Shown: positions 9,918 to 19,479 of the stretch, piece by piece | Numbering within the stretch: the stretch's first letter is position 1 | Layout: each line of letters begins with the position of its first letter | Assembly (NCBI GenBank): GCA_047602405.1 | Contig: JASGHJ010000002.1 | Coordinates: 1,024,001 to 1,088,000 of the forward strand | Length of the DNA: 64,000 nt | Direction: 5' to 3' | DNA from: Anaeromyxobacteraceae bacterium | GTDB lineage: Bacteria; Myxococcota; Myxococcia; Myxococcales; Anaeromyxobacteraceae | Program-made: the position numbers and the translations under genes | The notes under the pieces: model-generated | Databases searched by the model: none | Told to the model about the DNA's origin: nothing | Seen by the model: the letters and a program-made list of their open reading frames with translations, nothing else

Positions 9918-12377
9918 TCACTCCTCCACCCAGTAGTTCACGACCACGAAGCGCGCGTTGGCTGCCGTCGGGTACGGGTACGCGAAGAGGCCCGCCGTGT
10001 ACGGCTTCTTCCCGGACGGGATGTTCGGGATCCACCCGGAGATGGTGGTCTTGTCCGTCGACCGGTACGAGTGCGCGTAGCCGTAGTGGAACCCGGCCTT
10101 GCCGCCCACGAGCACGCCGCCGGCCACGTTCTGGAACTCGACCCCGACCTGCAGGTTGAACTCGGAGCCGAAGCCCTTCGAGTAGCCCTGGCTGAGCGAG
10201 ATCCCCTGGCCGCCGCCCGCGTAGCCGGTCGTGATCCGGAACGGATCCGGGGTGCGGAAGCCGCCCTGCGTGACCGAGACCGGGATGACGGACTTGTAGT
10301 CCCCGTACTTCTCGTCGTTCCGGATCGGGCCATCCGAGAAGAGGGCCAGCATGTCGGTGCGCTTCGGATAGCTCCACGGGTCGCCGAAGGCCTGCGGCAG
10401 GGCCGCCGCCGGCACCCGCAGCTCCTCCGGGACGGCCGCGTTGTAGAGGTCGACCTCCATCGGGATGATCTTCGGCGTGCGCGGGATCTGCACGGTCACG
10501 TAGGTGCCGACCTGCGCCGCGACCGGCGACGACACGATCTTGTACCGGTACACGTCGATGGGCGTGCTCACGAAGACGACCTGGTTCTCGCCCGGCGGGC
10601 AGTCGAAGCTGCGCGCGGCGGACTGCTCCCACCCCTGCGAGTAGTTCCAGTCCATCGAGGCGTCGACGGTGACCTTGAACTCCGAGCTGCCCGCGCTGCC
10701 CCAGAACGGCGTCTCGGCGCTGTAGCCGAAGGCGATCCCCGCGTAGAAGCCGTAGGTGTTCTGGGACTCGTCCTCGCTCGACGCCTCCCACTCGAACGAG
10801 GTCACGGCGTCGCCGGTGTCCTGGCCCTGGTAGTAGGGCGGCGAGGCGAGCACCGCGAGGATCTGCGGGTTGGAGTAGAGGAGGCCGTAGTCGTCGGGGC
10901 CGCCCTCGTACTGGAGCACGGTCGAGTCGTCGTCCATGTTCACGCCGGTGAGCGTGGTGTGGTGGGCGTCGGCGTCGATGTCGATGCGCTTCAGCTCGTG
11001 GAAGCTCCCGCTCCCGTAGCCCCAGAGCTGGAGCCACTGGTCGTTCGACACGAACGCGACCTCGTCGCGCGCGTCGCCGTTGAAGTCGCCGGTGATGACC
11101 TTGTCCCAGTAGGCGACCGGGAGGACCAGGCCGGACCACTTGTGCGCGAGGTTCCCGTCGGCGTCGAGGCCGAGGATGTACCGGTACGCGAGGACCTCCT
11201 TCTTCGCCCCACCGCTCGGCCCGTCCGCGTCGAGGACCGCGACGGCGGGGAGCCACTGCGCCTCCCAGTCCCCGCTCGACATCCCGACGCGCAGGGTGGT
11301 GCGGGAGCTCCGGCCCTTCGCCACGGGGTCGTAGCCGATGGCCGTGACCGACATCGTGCTCGTGTACGGGACCGCCTCGCCCGCGAGCACGATCTCGTTC
11401 AGGTGGTCGCCGTCGAGGTCGCCGATGGCGACCCGGGCGTACCCGTAGGACCTGCCGCCCGCGGCGGTCGACTCCTTCGGCGTGAAGCCGGTCCCGCTGC
11501 TCAGCTCCGCGAGCGTGGTGCCGTTCCAGCGGTAGAGGTACATCGTCCCCTCGACGTTTCCGTAGACGCCGTTCATCACCACCAGCTCCGGGAGCGGGTC
11601 GGTGTCGACGTTCCCGATCGCGAGCGTGGTGACCTGCCCGTCCGTCCCGGCCTGGTAATCGTGGGCGAGGACCTTCAGGAACTGATCGGGCGCGTAGCGC
11701 AGCACCACGAGGTGCCCGCCCGCGACGAGCGCGAGCTCGTCCTTGGCGTCCCCGTCGAGGTCGCCGCTCGCGATCATCAGGCCGGAGTACGGGCCGAGCC
11801 GCTGGGAGAAGGTGAGGTTGTCGGCGAGCTCGTACTCGGCCGACTGCTCGTAGCCTGCGCCCACGCGCCGGATGACGCGCAAGAAGGTCTTCATCGGGTT
11901 GACGGCGCGGTTCTGGTAGAGCACCAGCACTTCCTCGCGCCCGTCGCCGTCGAGGTCCGCGGCGCAGGAGGCCGCGTTGTAGCTGGTCCAGGTCTCGTCG
12001 CTCGTGTTGGTGAAGAGCGGGCCGTAGGCGGGGGTCGCCTTCCCGTCGTCGAGCAGGACCTGCCGCCGGCCGAGGTAGGGCGCGAGGAAGTGCGTCGCGT
12101 CGGTGGTCTTCACTCCGGACAGGTAGAGCTCGGTCCGGCGCTGGTAGATCGTGTTCCGCTTCCCGAGCGGATGGACCGTGGCGGCGTCGGTGCGCGGCGG
12201 GAGGTTCGTCGGCACGTTGAGCTTCTCGAGCATGGGGCGGTCGTCGGGCGCCGTCTTCTTCCCGCCACCTCCGCACGCGATGGCGACCGCCGCGAGCAGG
12301 AGGATCCCCAGGAGAGAAAGGGCAGGGCGGATGCCCGCGCTGCCGCTCGACGCCGCTGCGACGCTCCTCGATCCCAT
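9918..12377 (-). CDS. FG-GAP/VCBS repeat lipoprotein
   Basis: GGAGG RBS; lipobox AIAC; repeats ADLDGDGREE, GDLDGDAKDE, GNVDTDPLPE, GDLDGDHLNE, GDFNGDARDE; beta-rich C-terminal half. Confidence 0.85.
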   Translation of the reverse strand: MGSRSVAAASSGSAGIRPALSLLGILLLAAVAIACGGGGKKTAPDDRPMLEKLNVPTNLPPRTDAATVHPLGKRNTIYQRRTELYLSGVKTTDATHFLAPYLGRRQVLLDDGKATPAYGPLFTNTSDETWTSYNAASCAADLDGDGREEVLVLYQNRAVNPMKTFLRVIRRVGAGYEQSAEYELADNLTFSQRLGPYSGLMIASGDLDGDAKDELALVAGGHLVVLRYAPDQFLKVLAHDYQAGTDGQVTTLAIGNVDTDPLPELVVMNGVYGNVEGTMYLYRWNGTTLAELSSGTGFTPKESTAAGGRSYGYARVAIGDLDGDHLNEIVLAGEAVPYTSTMSVTAIGYDPVAKGRSSRTTLRVGMSSGDWEAQWLPAVAVLDADGPSGGAKKEVLAYRYILGLDADGNLAHKWSGLVLPVAYWDKVITGDFNGDARDEVAFVSNDQWLQLWGYGSGSFHELKRIDIDADAHHTTLTGVNMDDDSTVLQYEGGPDDYGLLYSNPQILAVLASPPYYQGQDTGDAVTSFEWEASSEDESQNTYGFYAGIAFGYSAETPFWGSAGSSEFKVTVDASMDWNYSQGWEQSAARSFDCPPGENQVVFVSTPIDVYRYKIVSSPVAAQVGTYVTVQIPRTPKIIPMEVDLYNAAVPEELRVPAAALPQAFGDPWSYPKRTDMLALFSDGPIRNDEKYGDYKSVIPVSVTQGGFRTPDPFRITTGYAGGGQGISLSQGYSKGFGSEFNLQVGVEFQNVAGGVLVGGKAGFHYGYAHSYRSTDKTTISGWIPNIPSGKKPYTAGLFAYPYPTAANARFVVVNYWVEE

Positions 12378-12695
12378 GATGTCCTCCCAGGGGCCCGCGC
12401 GCCGCGGTCGAGACAGGGGTGCCCGGGTCCGGAGCCGGGCGGGGACCGCGCGTCAGGGCCAAGACCTCCTCTTTCACCCCGTGTGAGGCCCCGCAAGCCG
12501 GCGTGGCGGGGCCCCACCGACGTCGGTGGGCGCGTACGCACGGTCCGCGTGTCCGTGAGTGGATTCGCGTGCCTCCGCCGAGGGTGCGCGGGTGACTCCC
12601 GCCTTCGGGGTGCGGCGCGGTGCGCCTGGCGCGGGCGCCGCCGGAATCGCGCGCGGCGCGATGAGTCGCACCCGTCCACGGGGTACACTCCCCAG

Positions 12696-12956
12696 GTGGA
12701 CGCGAGGGAGCGCAAGCAGACCGCGGAGCGAGCAGGGGAGACCCTGCTCGCCGGCGACCGCAAGGGCGCCGTGGCGACGGTGCGGTCGCTCTTCACCCTC
12801 TCCGAGCTGCGCGAGCTCGAGGCCGGGGCCGACGAGGACGCCCGCACCGCGGCGCGCCTCCTCGTGGCGCACTTCATGCCCTCGACCTGGGAGGAGGCGG
12901 AGTTCCTGGTCGCCTTCGCGCTCCGGTGGACGCGCGACCCCGGCCCGGCCCGGTGA
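12696..12956 (+). CDS. Small hypothetical protein (86 aa)
   Basis: GTG 6 nt after TACACT; GC3-biased, helical protein-like sequence (VDARERKQTAERAGE...). Confidence 0.6.
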   Translation: MDARERKQTAERAGETLLAGDRKGAVATVRSLFTLSELRELEAGADEDARTAARLLVAHFMPSTWEEAEFLVAFALRWTRDPGPAR

Positions 12957-12998
12957 CCCGTCCCGGGCCGCCGGCGGCGCCGCACGCGGGCGCCGGGG

Positions 12999-13646
12999 TC
13001 ACCGCGGCTTGCGGAGCACCCACAGCGCGTACGTGACGGCGGCGCCCGCGGCGTGGGTCCAGCCGTGGACGTGCTCGCAGCGGATCGGCTCGAGCGCCGC
13101 GCCGCTGAACGCGGCCTGCATCTCGCCGGGCGTGAAGCGCTGGACGGCGAGGGGCCGCCCCTCGACGTCCGGGGCCGGCAGCTCGAGCGCAGGCGGCTCG
13201 TCGTCGGCCCGCTCCGTGATGCCGAGGAGGAGCGCGCCGCCCGGACGCGCCGCGCCCGCGAGCCGGCCGATCACGCCCGGCAGGTCCTCGCAGAACTCGA
13301 AGGAGCCGATCATGAGGACCGCGTCGAAGGGCGGCGCGAGCGCGGGAGGGAAGGGCCGATGGAACGAGCCCACCTCCCAGGTCCCCGCGGGCCGCGCGCG
13401 CCGGGCGAGCGCGATCATCCGCGGCGAGAGGTCGAGGCCGCTGACCGCGACCGCGCCGTCGAGGTGGGCGGTGAGGTTGCCCGGTCCGCAACCCACGTCG
13501 AGCACCCGTCCACCCGGGCGCGCGTGCGCCTCGAGGAACCGCGCGACGTGCGCCGGGTACCCGGTCCGCGCCGCGGCGAACTCCGCGTAACCGTCCGCAC
13601 GCCCGTCGTAGAGCGCCCGGACCCGCTGCTCGTCGCCTCCGCTCAC
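12999..13646 (-). CDS. Class I SAM-dependent methyltransferase
   Basis: VLDVGCGPG motif I; GLDLSPRMI; FDAV; RPGG.L. Confidence 0.9.
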   Translation of the reverse strand: MSGGDEQRVRALYDGRADGYAEFAAARTGYPAHVARFLEAHARPGGRVLDVGCGPGNLTAHLDGAVAVSGLDLSPRMIALARRARPAGTWEVGSFHRPFPPALAPPFDAVLMIGSFEFCEDLPGVIGRLAGAARPGGALLLGITERADDEPPALELPAPDVEGRPLAVQRFTPGEMQAAFSGAALEPIRCEHVHGWTHAAGAAVTYALWVLRKPR

Positions 13647-13690
13647 GGGCGCCCTGCCTGGCCGGACGGCTGAACGGCCGGATTGCTGAG

Positions 13691-13763
13691 TGACCCCACG
13701 GGGATTCGAACCCCGGTTACAGCCTTGAAAGGGCCGTGTCCTAGGCCTCTAGACGATGGGGCC
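13691..13763 (-). tRNA. tRNA-Glu (anticodon TTC)
   Basis: Cloverleaf GGCCCCA..., anticodon arm CGGCC-CTTTCAA-GGCTG, T arm CGGGG-TTCGAAT-CCCCG; CCA not encoded. Confidence 0.97.
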
Positions 13764-13774
13764 GGGGGGTCGGG

Positions 13775-13803
13775 AACCTAGCCTCCGGGGGATGCGCTGT
13801 AAA
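13775..13803 (-). promoter_or_regulatory. sigma70-type promoter of tRNA-Glu(TTC)
   Basis: TTTACA-17 nt-TAGGTT, 11 nt upstream of the tRNA. Confidence 0.65.
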
Positions 13804-13809
13804 GCCATG

Positions 13810-13842
13810 AAAGAACGCCCGGCTCGTTGCCGAGCCGGGCGT
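13810..13842 (-). terminator. Rho-independent terminator after tRNA-Glu(CTC)
   Basis: ACGCCCGGCTCG-GCAA-CGAGCCGGGCGT followed by TCTTT on the minus strand. Confidence 0.8.
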
Positions 13843-13851
13843 CGAATCGTT

Positions 13852-13924
13852 TGACCCCACAGGGATTCGAACCCCGGTTTCCGCCCTGAGGAGGCAGCGT
13901 CCTGGGCCTCTAGACGATGGGGTC
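13852..13924 (-). tRNA. tRNA-Glu (anticodon CTC), atypical anticodon loop
   Basis: GACCCCA acceptor stem; anticodon arm CTGCC-TCCTCAG-GGCGG; T arm CGGGG-TTCGAAT-CCCTG. Position 33 reads C rather than U. Confidence 0.88.
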
Positions 13925-13931
13925 GCGGGCG

Positions 13932-13960
13932 TAACTACCCGACCTCGCCGTGGCTGTAAA
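13932..13960 (-). promoter_or_regulatory. sigma70-type promoter of tRNA-Glu(CTC)
   Basis: TTTACA-17 nt-TAGTTA; same TTTACAGC -35 region as the neighbouring tRNA promoter. Confidence 0.55.
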
Positions 13961-14014
13961 GACCCTGACCACCCAGGCGGGCCAAGCGTCGGAGGGCGTT
14001 CGCGAGAGCGAATC

Positions 14015-14731
14015 TCAGCCGCGGCGTGGCGCCGGAGAGGCCTCGGGCGCCGGCGTGCGCGTGGGCACCACGGGCGCGCCGTGGGGTCGCCAGACGGTGC
14101 CCTTCACGAGATCCCACAGCGGCACGGTCACGTTGAAGTTCCAGCGCGCCATGAGGTGCGGCGCGTGGTGGCGCTGGTGGTGCCGGCGCAGGAAGGCGAT
14201 CCCGGGGAGGCGGCCGACCCAGGAGTCCGGGGGCAGGTGGTAGGCGAGGTGCAGCCACTCGTACGCGAGCAGGTAGAGCACCGCCGAGGCGATCCACAGC
14301 AGCCCGAGGTTCCGCTGCCCGAGGGCGGCGAGCGCGATCGCGAGCGGCGCCATGAGGGCGACGAGGCCCGGGAAGGCGAGGGCGGGGAGGAGCACCATCC
14401 GGAGCTCGCGGCGGTCGCGGATGGCGAGGTCCTCGCTCACGAAGACGGCGTGGTGCATCGGGGTGTGGCGCAGGTACAACGTCTCGAGGAAGCGCACCCG
14501 GCGGTGGAGGACCCCGCGGTGCACGTGCCACTCGACGACGTTGCCCACGACGAGGAAGGCGGGGACGAACGCGAGCTGCCAGGCGGTGACGTCCTGGAGC
14601 AGGTGGAGGGCGACCGACGCGACGCCGAGTGCCACCAGGCTGGGGGAGGCGAGGTGGAGCCCGGGCGAGTACCAGCCCGGAATGCCCGCCAGGAGGTGGG
14701 ACCTGAGCTCGCTCCTGCCCGCGCCGGTCAC
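14015..14731 (-). CDS. Sterol desaturase / fatty acid hydroxylase family protein
   Basis: His boxes EWHVHRGVLH, HTPMHH, YEWLHLAYH, RRHHQRHH and NFNV..PLWD; start GTG 14731 is approximate. Confidence 0.88.
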   Translation of the reverse strand: MTGAGRSELRSHLLAGIPGWYSPGLHLASPSLVALGVASVALHLLQDVTAWQLAFVPAFLVVGNVVEWHVHRGVLHRRVRFLETLYLRHTPMHHAVFVSEDLAIRDRRELRMVLLPALAFPGLVALMAPLAIALAALGQRNLGLLWIASAVLYLLAYEWLHLAYHLPPDSWVGRLPGIAFLRRHHQRHHAPHLMARWNFNVTVPLWDLVKGTVWRPHGAPVVPTRTPAPEASPAPRRG

Positions 14732-14844
14732 GTTTACAGGTAGGCGACGCCGCGCCCCGCGGGCAAGGGGGCGGGGCACGTGAACCTCGGGTGCCCTCCG
14801 CGGTGTGCGGCGCGGGGCCTCGCACGGTCCGTCCGGAAGCGCGC

Positions 14845-15783
14845 CTACGCCGCGGGCGGCGCCTCCTCGAACAGCCAGGTGGACAGGTACCGCTCGCCGG
14901 TGTCGGGCAGCACGACGACGATGAGCTTCCCGGCGTTCTCGGGCCGCCTCGCGACCTCGCGGGCCGCCCAGGCGGCGCCGCCGCAGGAGATGCCCGAGAG
15001 GATGCCCTCCTCCTTGCAGAGGCGGCGCGCCATCTCGCCCGAGTCCTCGTTCGTGACCGCGATGACCTCGTCGAGGACCTTCACGTTCAGGACCTTCGGG
15101 ACGAAGCCGGGGCCCCAGCCCTGGATCTTGTGCTTGCCGGGCTTCCCGCCCGCGATCACCGGGGAGTCCTTGGGCTCGGCGGCGACGATGCGGATGCCGG
15201 GCTTGCGCGCCTTCAGCACCTCGCCGACGCCGGTGATGGTGCCGCCGGTGCCGGTGCCGCCGACGAAGACGTCCACCTTGCCGTCGGTGTCGCGCCAGAT
15301 CTCCTCGGCCGTCGTGCGGCGGTGGATCTCCGGGTTGGCGGGGTTGTCGAACTGCTGCAGCACGAGGTAGCTCGGGTCGCTCTTCGCGAGCTCCTCGGCC
15401 TTGCGGATGGCGCCCGGCATGCCCTCCGCGCCCGGGGTGAGCACGAGCTTCGCGCCGAGCGCCGCGAGGAGCTTGCGGCGCTCGATCGACATCGTGTCGG
15501 GCATCGTGAGGACGATGGGGTAGCCCTTCGCCGCGGCGGCGAACGCGAGCCCGATCCCGGTGTTGCCGGAGGTGGGCTCGAGCAGCACGGTGCCCTTCTT
15601 GATCTTCCCGTCGCGCTCGGCGGCCTCGATCATCGCGACGCCGATGCGGTCCTTCACGCTCGAGAGCGGGTTGAAGCTCTCGAGCTTCGCGACCACCGTG
15701 GCGCGCGCGCCGTCCATCACGCGGTTGAGCCTCACGAGCGGCGTGTTGCCGACGAGCTGGGTGACGTTCTCCGCGATCTTCAT
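14845..15783 (-). CDS. cysK: Cysteine synthase A
   Basis: [16 protein letters not shown] (PLP Lys), [28 protein letters not shown]. Confidence 0.97.
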   Translation of the reverse strand: MKIAENVTQLVGNTPLVRLNRVMDGARATVVAKLESFNPLSSVKDRIGVAMIEAAERDGKIKKGTVLLEPTSGNTGIGLAFAAAAKGYPIVLTMPDTMSIERRKLLAALGAKLVLTPGAEGMPGAIRKAEELAKSDPSYLVLQQFDNPANPEIHRRTTAEEIWRDTDGKVDVFVGGTGTGGTITGVGEVLKARKPGIRIVAAEPKDSPVIAGGKPGKHKIQGWGPGFVPKVLNVKVLDEVIAVTNEDSGEMARRLCKEEGILSGISCGGAAWAAREVARRPENAGKLIVVVLPDTGERYLSTWLFEEAPPAA

Positions 15784-15809
15784 GGCGAGCCTCCGTTATG
15801 ACGGAGGCA

Positions 15810-15838
15810 TCCATAGGATTGGAGAACCGTCCTGTCAA
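15810..15838 (-). promoter_or_regulatory. Putative sigma70 promoter for cysK overlapping the cusA stop codon
   Basis: Perfect TTGACA, 17-nt spacer, TATGGA. Confidence 0.55.
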
Positions 15839-18800
15839 GCGGACGCGGGCGCCGGCCACACCAGGCGGCGCGCGGGCGCCCGCAGGGCGAGGTACCGCCA
15901 GGTGGCCCAGCCGACGACGGCGGCGGGGGCGAGCGCGAGGAGCGCCCACGCCCAGCCCGGCAGCGCGACGTAGAAGGCGAGCGCGAGGACGAGCGCGAGC
16001 CCGGCCCAGCCCGCCCGCTGCGCGAGGGCGAGCCGCGCGAGCGCCGCCTGGCCGGCGGGGTGGAGCACCGCGAGCCGCTCCCAGAGGATTTGCTCCTGGC
16101 GCCAGTAGGTGTAGACGACCGGGATGATCTCGAGCGTGAGGAAGGCGCTCGTGAGGAGCCCGCCCACCATGGGCGCCGCGATCCGCTTCATCACGTCGGC
16201 GCCGGAGCCGGTGGCCCACAGGAGCGGCAACAGGCCCGCGAGCATCGTCGCGACCGTCATCAGCTTCGGCCGCACCCGCTGCACCGTCCCCTCCATGTGC
16301 GCCCAGATGATGTCGGAGAGGTCGCGGATCTTGCCGGCCGCCCGGCGCCGCTCGTACGCGTGATCGATGTAGACGATCATCACGACGCCGGTCTGCGCGG
16401 CGAGCCCGACGAGCGCGATGATGCCCACCCAGACCGCGGTCGACATCCGGTAGTCGAGCAGCCACAGGAGCCACACGCTGCCCACGAGCGCGAACGGGAT
16501 CGAGAGGAGGACGATCAGCACCTCGGTGAAGTTCCGGAAGTGCAGCCAGAGCAGCACCACCACGAGGAGGAGCGTCAGCGGCACCACGATCCGCATCCGC
16601 GCCTGCATCTCCTCGAGGAGCTCGTACTGGCCGGTCCACTCGAGGACGTAGCCCTCCGGCATGCGCACCGCCCCGGCGTCCTGGGCGGCCCGCACGGCGA
16701 GCTTCGCGTCCCCCACGTACCCGCCCACGTCGCGCGCGACCGGGTCGATGTCGACGTACACGTAGCCCGCGAGGAGGCCGTTCTCGTCGCGGATCATCGG
16801 CGGGCCGGAGACGATGCGGACGTCGGCGAGGAGGCCGAGCGGCACGAAGCGCGGCCCGGTCCGGTCGTTCGGGTCGGGCGCCTCGAGCGCCCTCTGGTCC
16901 GGGCCGACGAGCCCCTCGAGCAGGTTCGGGGCGTCGGACGCGACGGGGGAGGGGCCTGCGCCGGCCGCGCCCGAGCCGCCGCCCATCTGCGCGAGCAGGA
17001 GCGGCGGGAGCGTGCCGCCCATCTTCCCCTTGCCGCCCTTGCCGCCGCCCACCGGGACCATGAGGCCGCGCAGGCGATCGAGGTCGCTGCGGAGGTCCTG
17101 CGGGTACCGCACGTTCACGGTGAAGCGGTTGCGCCCCTCGACCGTGACGCTGATGGGCGTGCCGCCGACCGCCGCCTCGACGATCCGGTTCACGTCCCCG
17201 ACGGTGAGCCCGTAGCGCGCGAGCGCGTCGCGCTTCGGCACGACGTCGAGGTACATGCCGCCGGTGTTGCGGTCGTAGAAGGCGCTGCGGGTGCCGGGCA
17301 CCTTCGCGAGCACGCCCTCGAGCGCGACGCCCACCTTCTCGATCTCGGTGAGGCTGGTGCCGAGGACCTTCACGCCGACCGGCGTGCGCACGCCGGTGGA
17401 GAGCATGTCCACCCGGGCGCGGATGGGCATGGTGTAGGCGTTCGTCCAGCCCGGGAAGCGCATCGCGGCGCCCATCTCGTCGACGAGCTCGTCGAACCCG
17501 ATGCGGCGCTCGTCCGGCCAGAGCGGGCGCAGCACGGGGCCGAGGAACGCCGGGCCGCCGGACCACCAGCGGTCCTGGTGCACCTTCCGCCACGCCTCGC
17601 GCGGGCGGAGCCGGACCGTGGTCTCGACCATCGTGAGCGGGGCGGGGTCGGTCGCGGTCTCGGCGCGCCCGGCCTTCCCGAAGACCGAGGCGACCTCCGG
17701 GAACCCGCGCAGCACCCGGTCCTGCGCCTGGACCTGCCGCTTCGCCTCCTCGATCGAGAGCCCGGGGAAGGTCGTCGGCATGTAGAGCACGTCGCCCTCG
17801 TTGAGGGGCGGCATGAACTCCGAGCCGAGCCGGAGCGCGAGCGGGACCGCCGAGAGCACCGCCAGGAGCCCGATCGCGACCGTGGAGAGGGGCCGGCGCA
17901 GCGCGACGAAGACGAACGGCTGGTAGAGCCGCTGGATGAAGCGGGAGACCGGGTGCTCCGACTCGGGCCGGATCTTGCCGGAGAGGAGGAGGTCGCGGAG
18001 CGCCGGCGCGAAGGTGATGGAGAGCACCGCCGCCGAGAGCATGACGAAGGTCTTCGTCCAGGCGAGCGGGGTGAAGAGCCGGGCCGCCTGGCCGGTGAGC
18101 GTGAACACCGGCAGGAAGGCGACCGCGATGACGAGCAGGGAGAAGAAGAGGGCGGGGGTGACCTCGCGGGCGGCCTCGGCGAGGAGCCGGTGCCGGTCGG
18201 CGCCGGGCGGGGCCCGCTCGAGCTTCTTGTGCGAGGCCTCGATCATCACGATCTCGGCGTCCACCGTGGCCCCGAGCGCGATGGCGATGCCGCCGAGGCT
18301 CATGATGGTGGCCGGGATGTCGAGGAGCGCCATCGGGATGAGGCTCACCGCGACCGCCACCGGGATCGACAGGATGGGCAGCACCGCCGAGCGGACGTGG
18401 AGCAGGAAGAGCAGGATCACCGCGGCGACGACGACGGCCTCCTCGGTGAGCGCCCGGCGGAGCGTCGCGATCGACCGCTCGATGAGCCCGGAGCGGTCGT
18501 AGGCCACCTCGACCCGGACGCCCTCCGGCATCGACGGCTCGAGCTCGTGCAGCTTCTGCTTCACCCGGGAGATGACGTCGAGCGCGTTCTCGCGGTGGCG
18601 CATGACCACGATGCCGCCCACCGCCTCGCCCTCCCCGTTCCAGTCGAGGAGGCCCCGGCGGATGTCCGGGCCGAAGCGGACCGTGCCCACGTCGCGCACC
18701 AGCACCGGCGCGCCGCCCGGGCCGGAGGCCTTCACGGCCACCCGCTCGAGGTCGGGCAGCTCCTGCACGTAGCCGCGCCCGCGCACGTAGTACTCGCGGC

Positions 18801-19476
18801 CGCTCATCTCGACCACCCGGCCGCCCACGTCGTCGTTCGAGTCGCGGACCGCGTCGATGACGTCGGCGAGCGTGACCCCGAAGGCGCGCAGCTTCACCGG
18901 GTCGACCGTCACCTGGTACTGCTTCTGGAAGCCGCCGACGCTCGCCACCTCGGCGACGCCCGGCACGCTGCCGAGCGCGTAGCGCAGGGTGAAGTCCTGG
19001 AAGGTGCGGAGCTCGTCGAGCCCGTGCCGCCCGCTGTCGTCGACGAGCGTGTACTGGAAGGTCCAGCCGATGCCGGTGGCGTCCGGCCCGAGCGTCGGGG
19101 TCACGCCCTGGGGCAGGCGCTGGGAGATCGCGGAGAGGTACTCGAGCACGCGGCTGCGCGCCCAGTACAGGTCGGTGCCCTCCTCGAAGATGACGTACAC
19201 GAACGACATCCCGAACATCGAGTAGCCGCGGACGTCGGTCACCTTCGGCGCGGAGAGCAGCGCCGAGACCACCGGGTAGGTGACCTGGTCCTCGACGAGC
19301 GTCGGGCTGCGCCCCATCCACTCGGAGTAGACGATCACCTGCGGGTCGGAGAGGTCCGGCACCGCGTCGAGCTTGAGGTTCCGCGCCGCCCAGACCGAGC
19401 CCGCCAGCGAGGCGAGCACGCCGAGCAGGACCAGGGCGCGGTTCTTCGCCGAGAACTCGATGACCCGGGAGACCAT
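15835..19476 (-). CDS. cusA: CusA/CzcA heavy-metal efflux RND permease
   Basis: LDAVPDLSDPQVIVY, LGPDATGIGW, EFMPPLNEGDVLYMPTT, RVRPKLMTV, GSGADVMKRIAAPMVGG. Confidence 0.95.
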   Translation of the reverse strand: MVSRVIEFSAKNRALVLLGVLASLAGSVWAARNLKLDAVPDLSDPQVIVYSEWMGRSPTLVEDQVTYPVVSALLSAPKVTDVRGYSMFGMSFVYVIFEEGTDLYWARSRVLEYLSAISQRLPQGVTPTLGPDATGIGWTFQYTLVDDSGRHGLDELRTFQDFTLRYALGSVPGVAEVASVGGFQKQYQVTVDPVKLRAFGVTLADVIDAVRDSNDDVGGRVVEMSGREYYVRGRGYVQELPDLERVAVKASGPGGAPVLVRDVGTVRFGPDIRRGLLDWNGEGEAVGGIVVMRHRENALDVISRVKQKLHELEPSMPEGVRVEVAYDRSGLIERSIATLRRALTEEAVVVAAVILLFLLHVRSAVLPILSIPVAVAVSLIPMALLDIPATIMSLGGIAIALGATVDAEIVMIEASHKKLERAPPGADRHRLLAEAAREVTPALFFSLLVIAVAFLPVFTLTGQAARLFTPLAWTKTFVMLSAAVLSITFAPALRDLLLSGKIRPESEHPVSRFIQRLYQPFVFVALRRPLSTVAIGLLAVLSAVPLALRLGSEFMPPLNEGDVLYMPTTFPGLSIEEAKRQVQAQDRVLRGFPEVASVFGKAGRAETATDPAPLTMVETTVRLRPREAWRKVHQDRWWSGGPAFLGPVLRPLWPDERRIGFDELVDEMGAAMRFPGWTNAYTMPIRARVDMLSTGVRTPVGVKVLGTSLTEIEKVGVALEGVLAKVPGTRSAFYDRNTGGMYLDVVPKRDALARYGLTVGDVNRIVEAAVGGTPISVTVEGRNRFTVNVRYPQDLRSDLDRLRGLMVPVGGGKGGKGKMGGTLPPLLLAQMGGGSGAAGAGPSPVASDAPNLLEGLVGPDQRALEAPDPNDRTGPRFVPLGLLADVRIVSGPPMIRDENGLLAGYVYVDIDPVARDVGGYVGDAKLAVRAAQDAGAVRMPEGYVLEWTGQYELLEEMQARMRIVVPLTLLLVVVLLWLHFRNFTEVLIVLLSIPFALVGSVWLLWLLDYRMSTAVWVGIIALVGLAAQTGVVMIVYIDHAYERRRAAGKIRDLSDIIWAHMEGTVQRVRPKLMTVATMLAGLLPLLWATGSGADVMKRIAAPMVGGLLTSAFLTLEIIPVVYTYWRQEQILWERLAVLHPAGQAALARLALAQRAGWAGLALVLALAFYVALPGWAWALLALAPAAVVGWATWRYLALRAPARRLVWPAPASA

Positions 19477-19479
19477 CGG

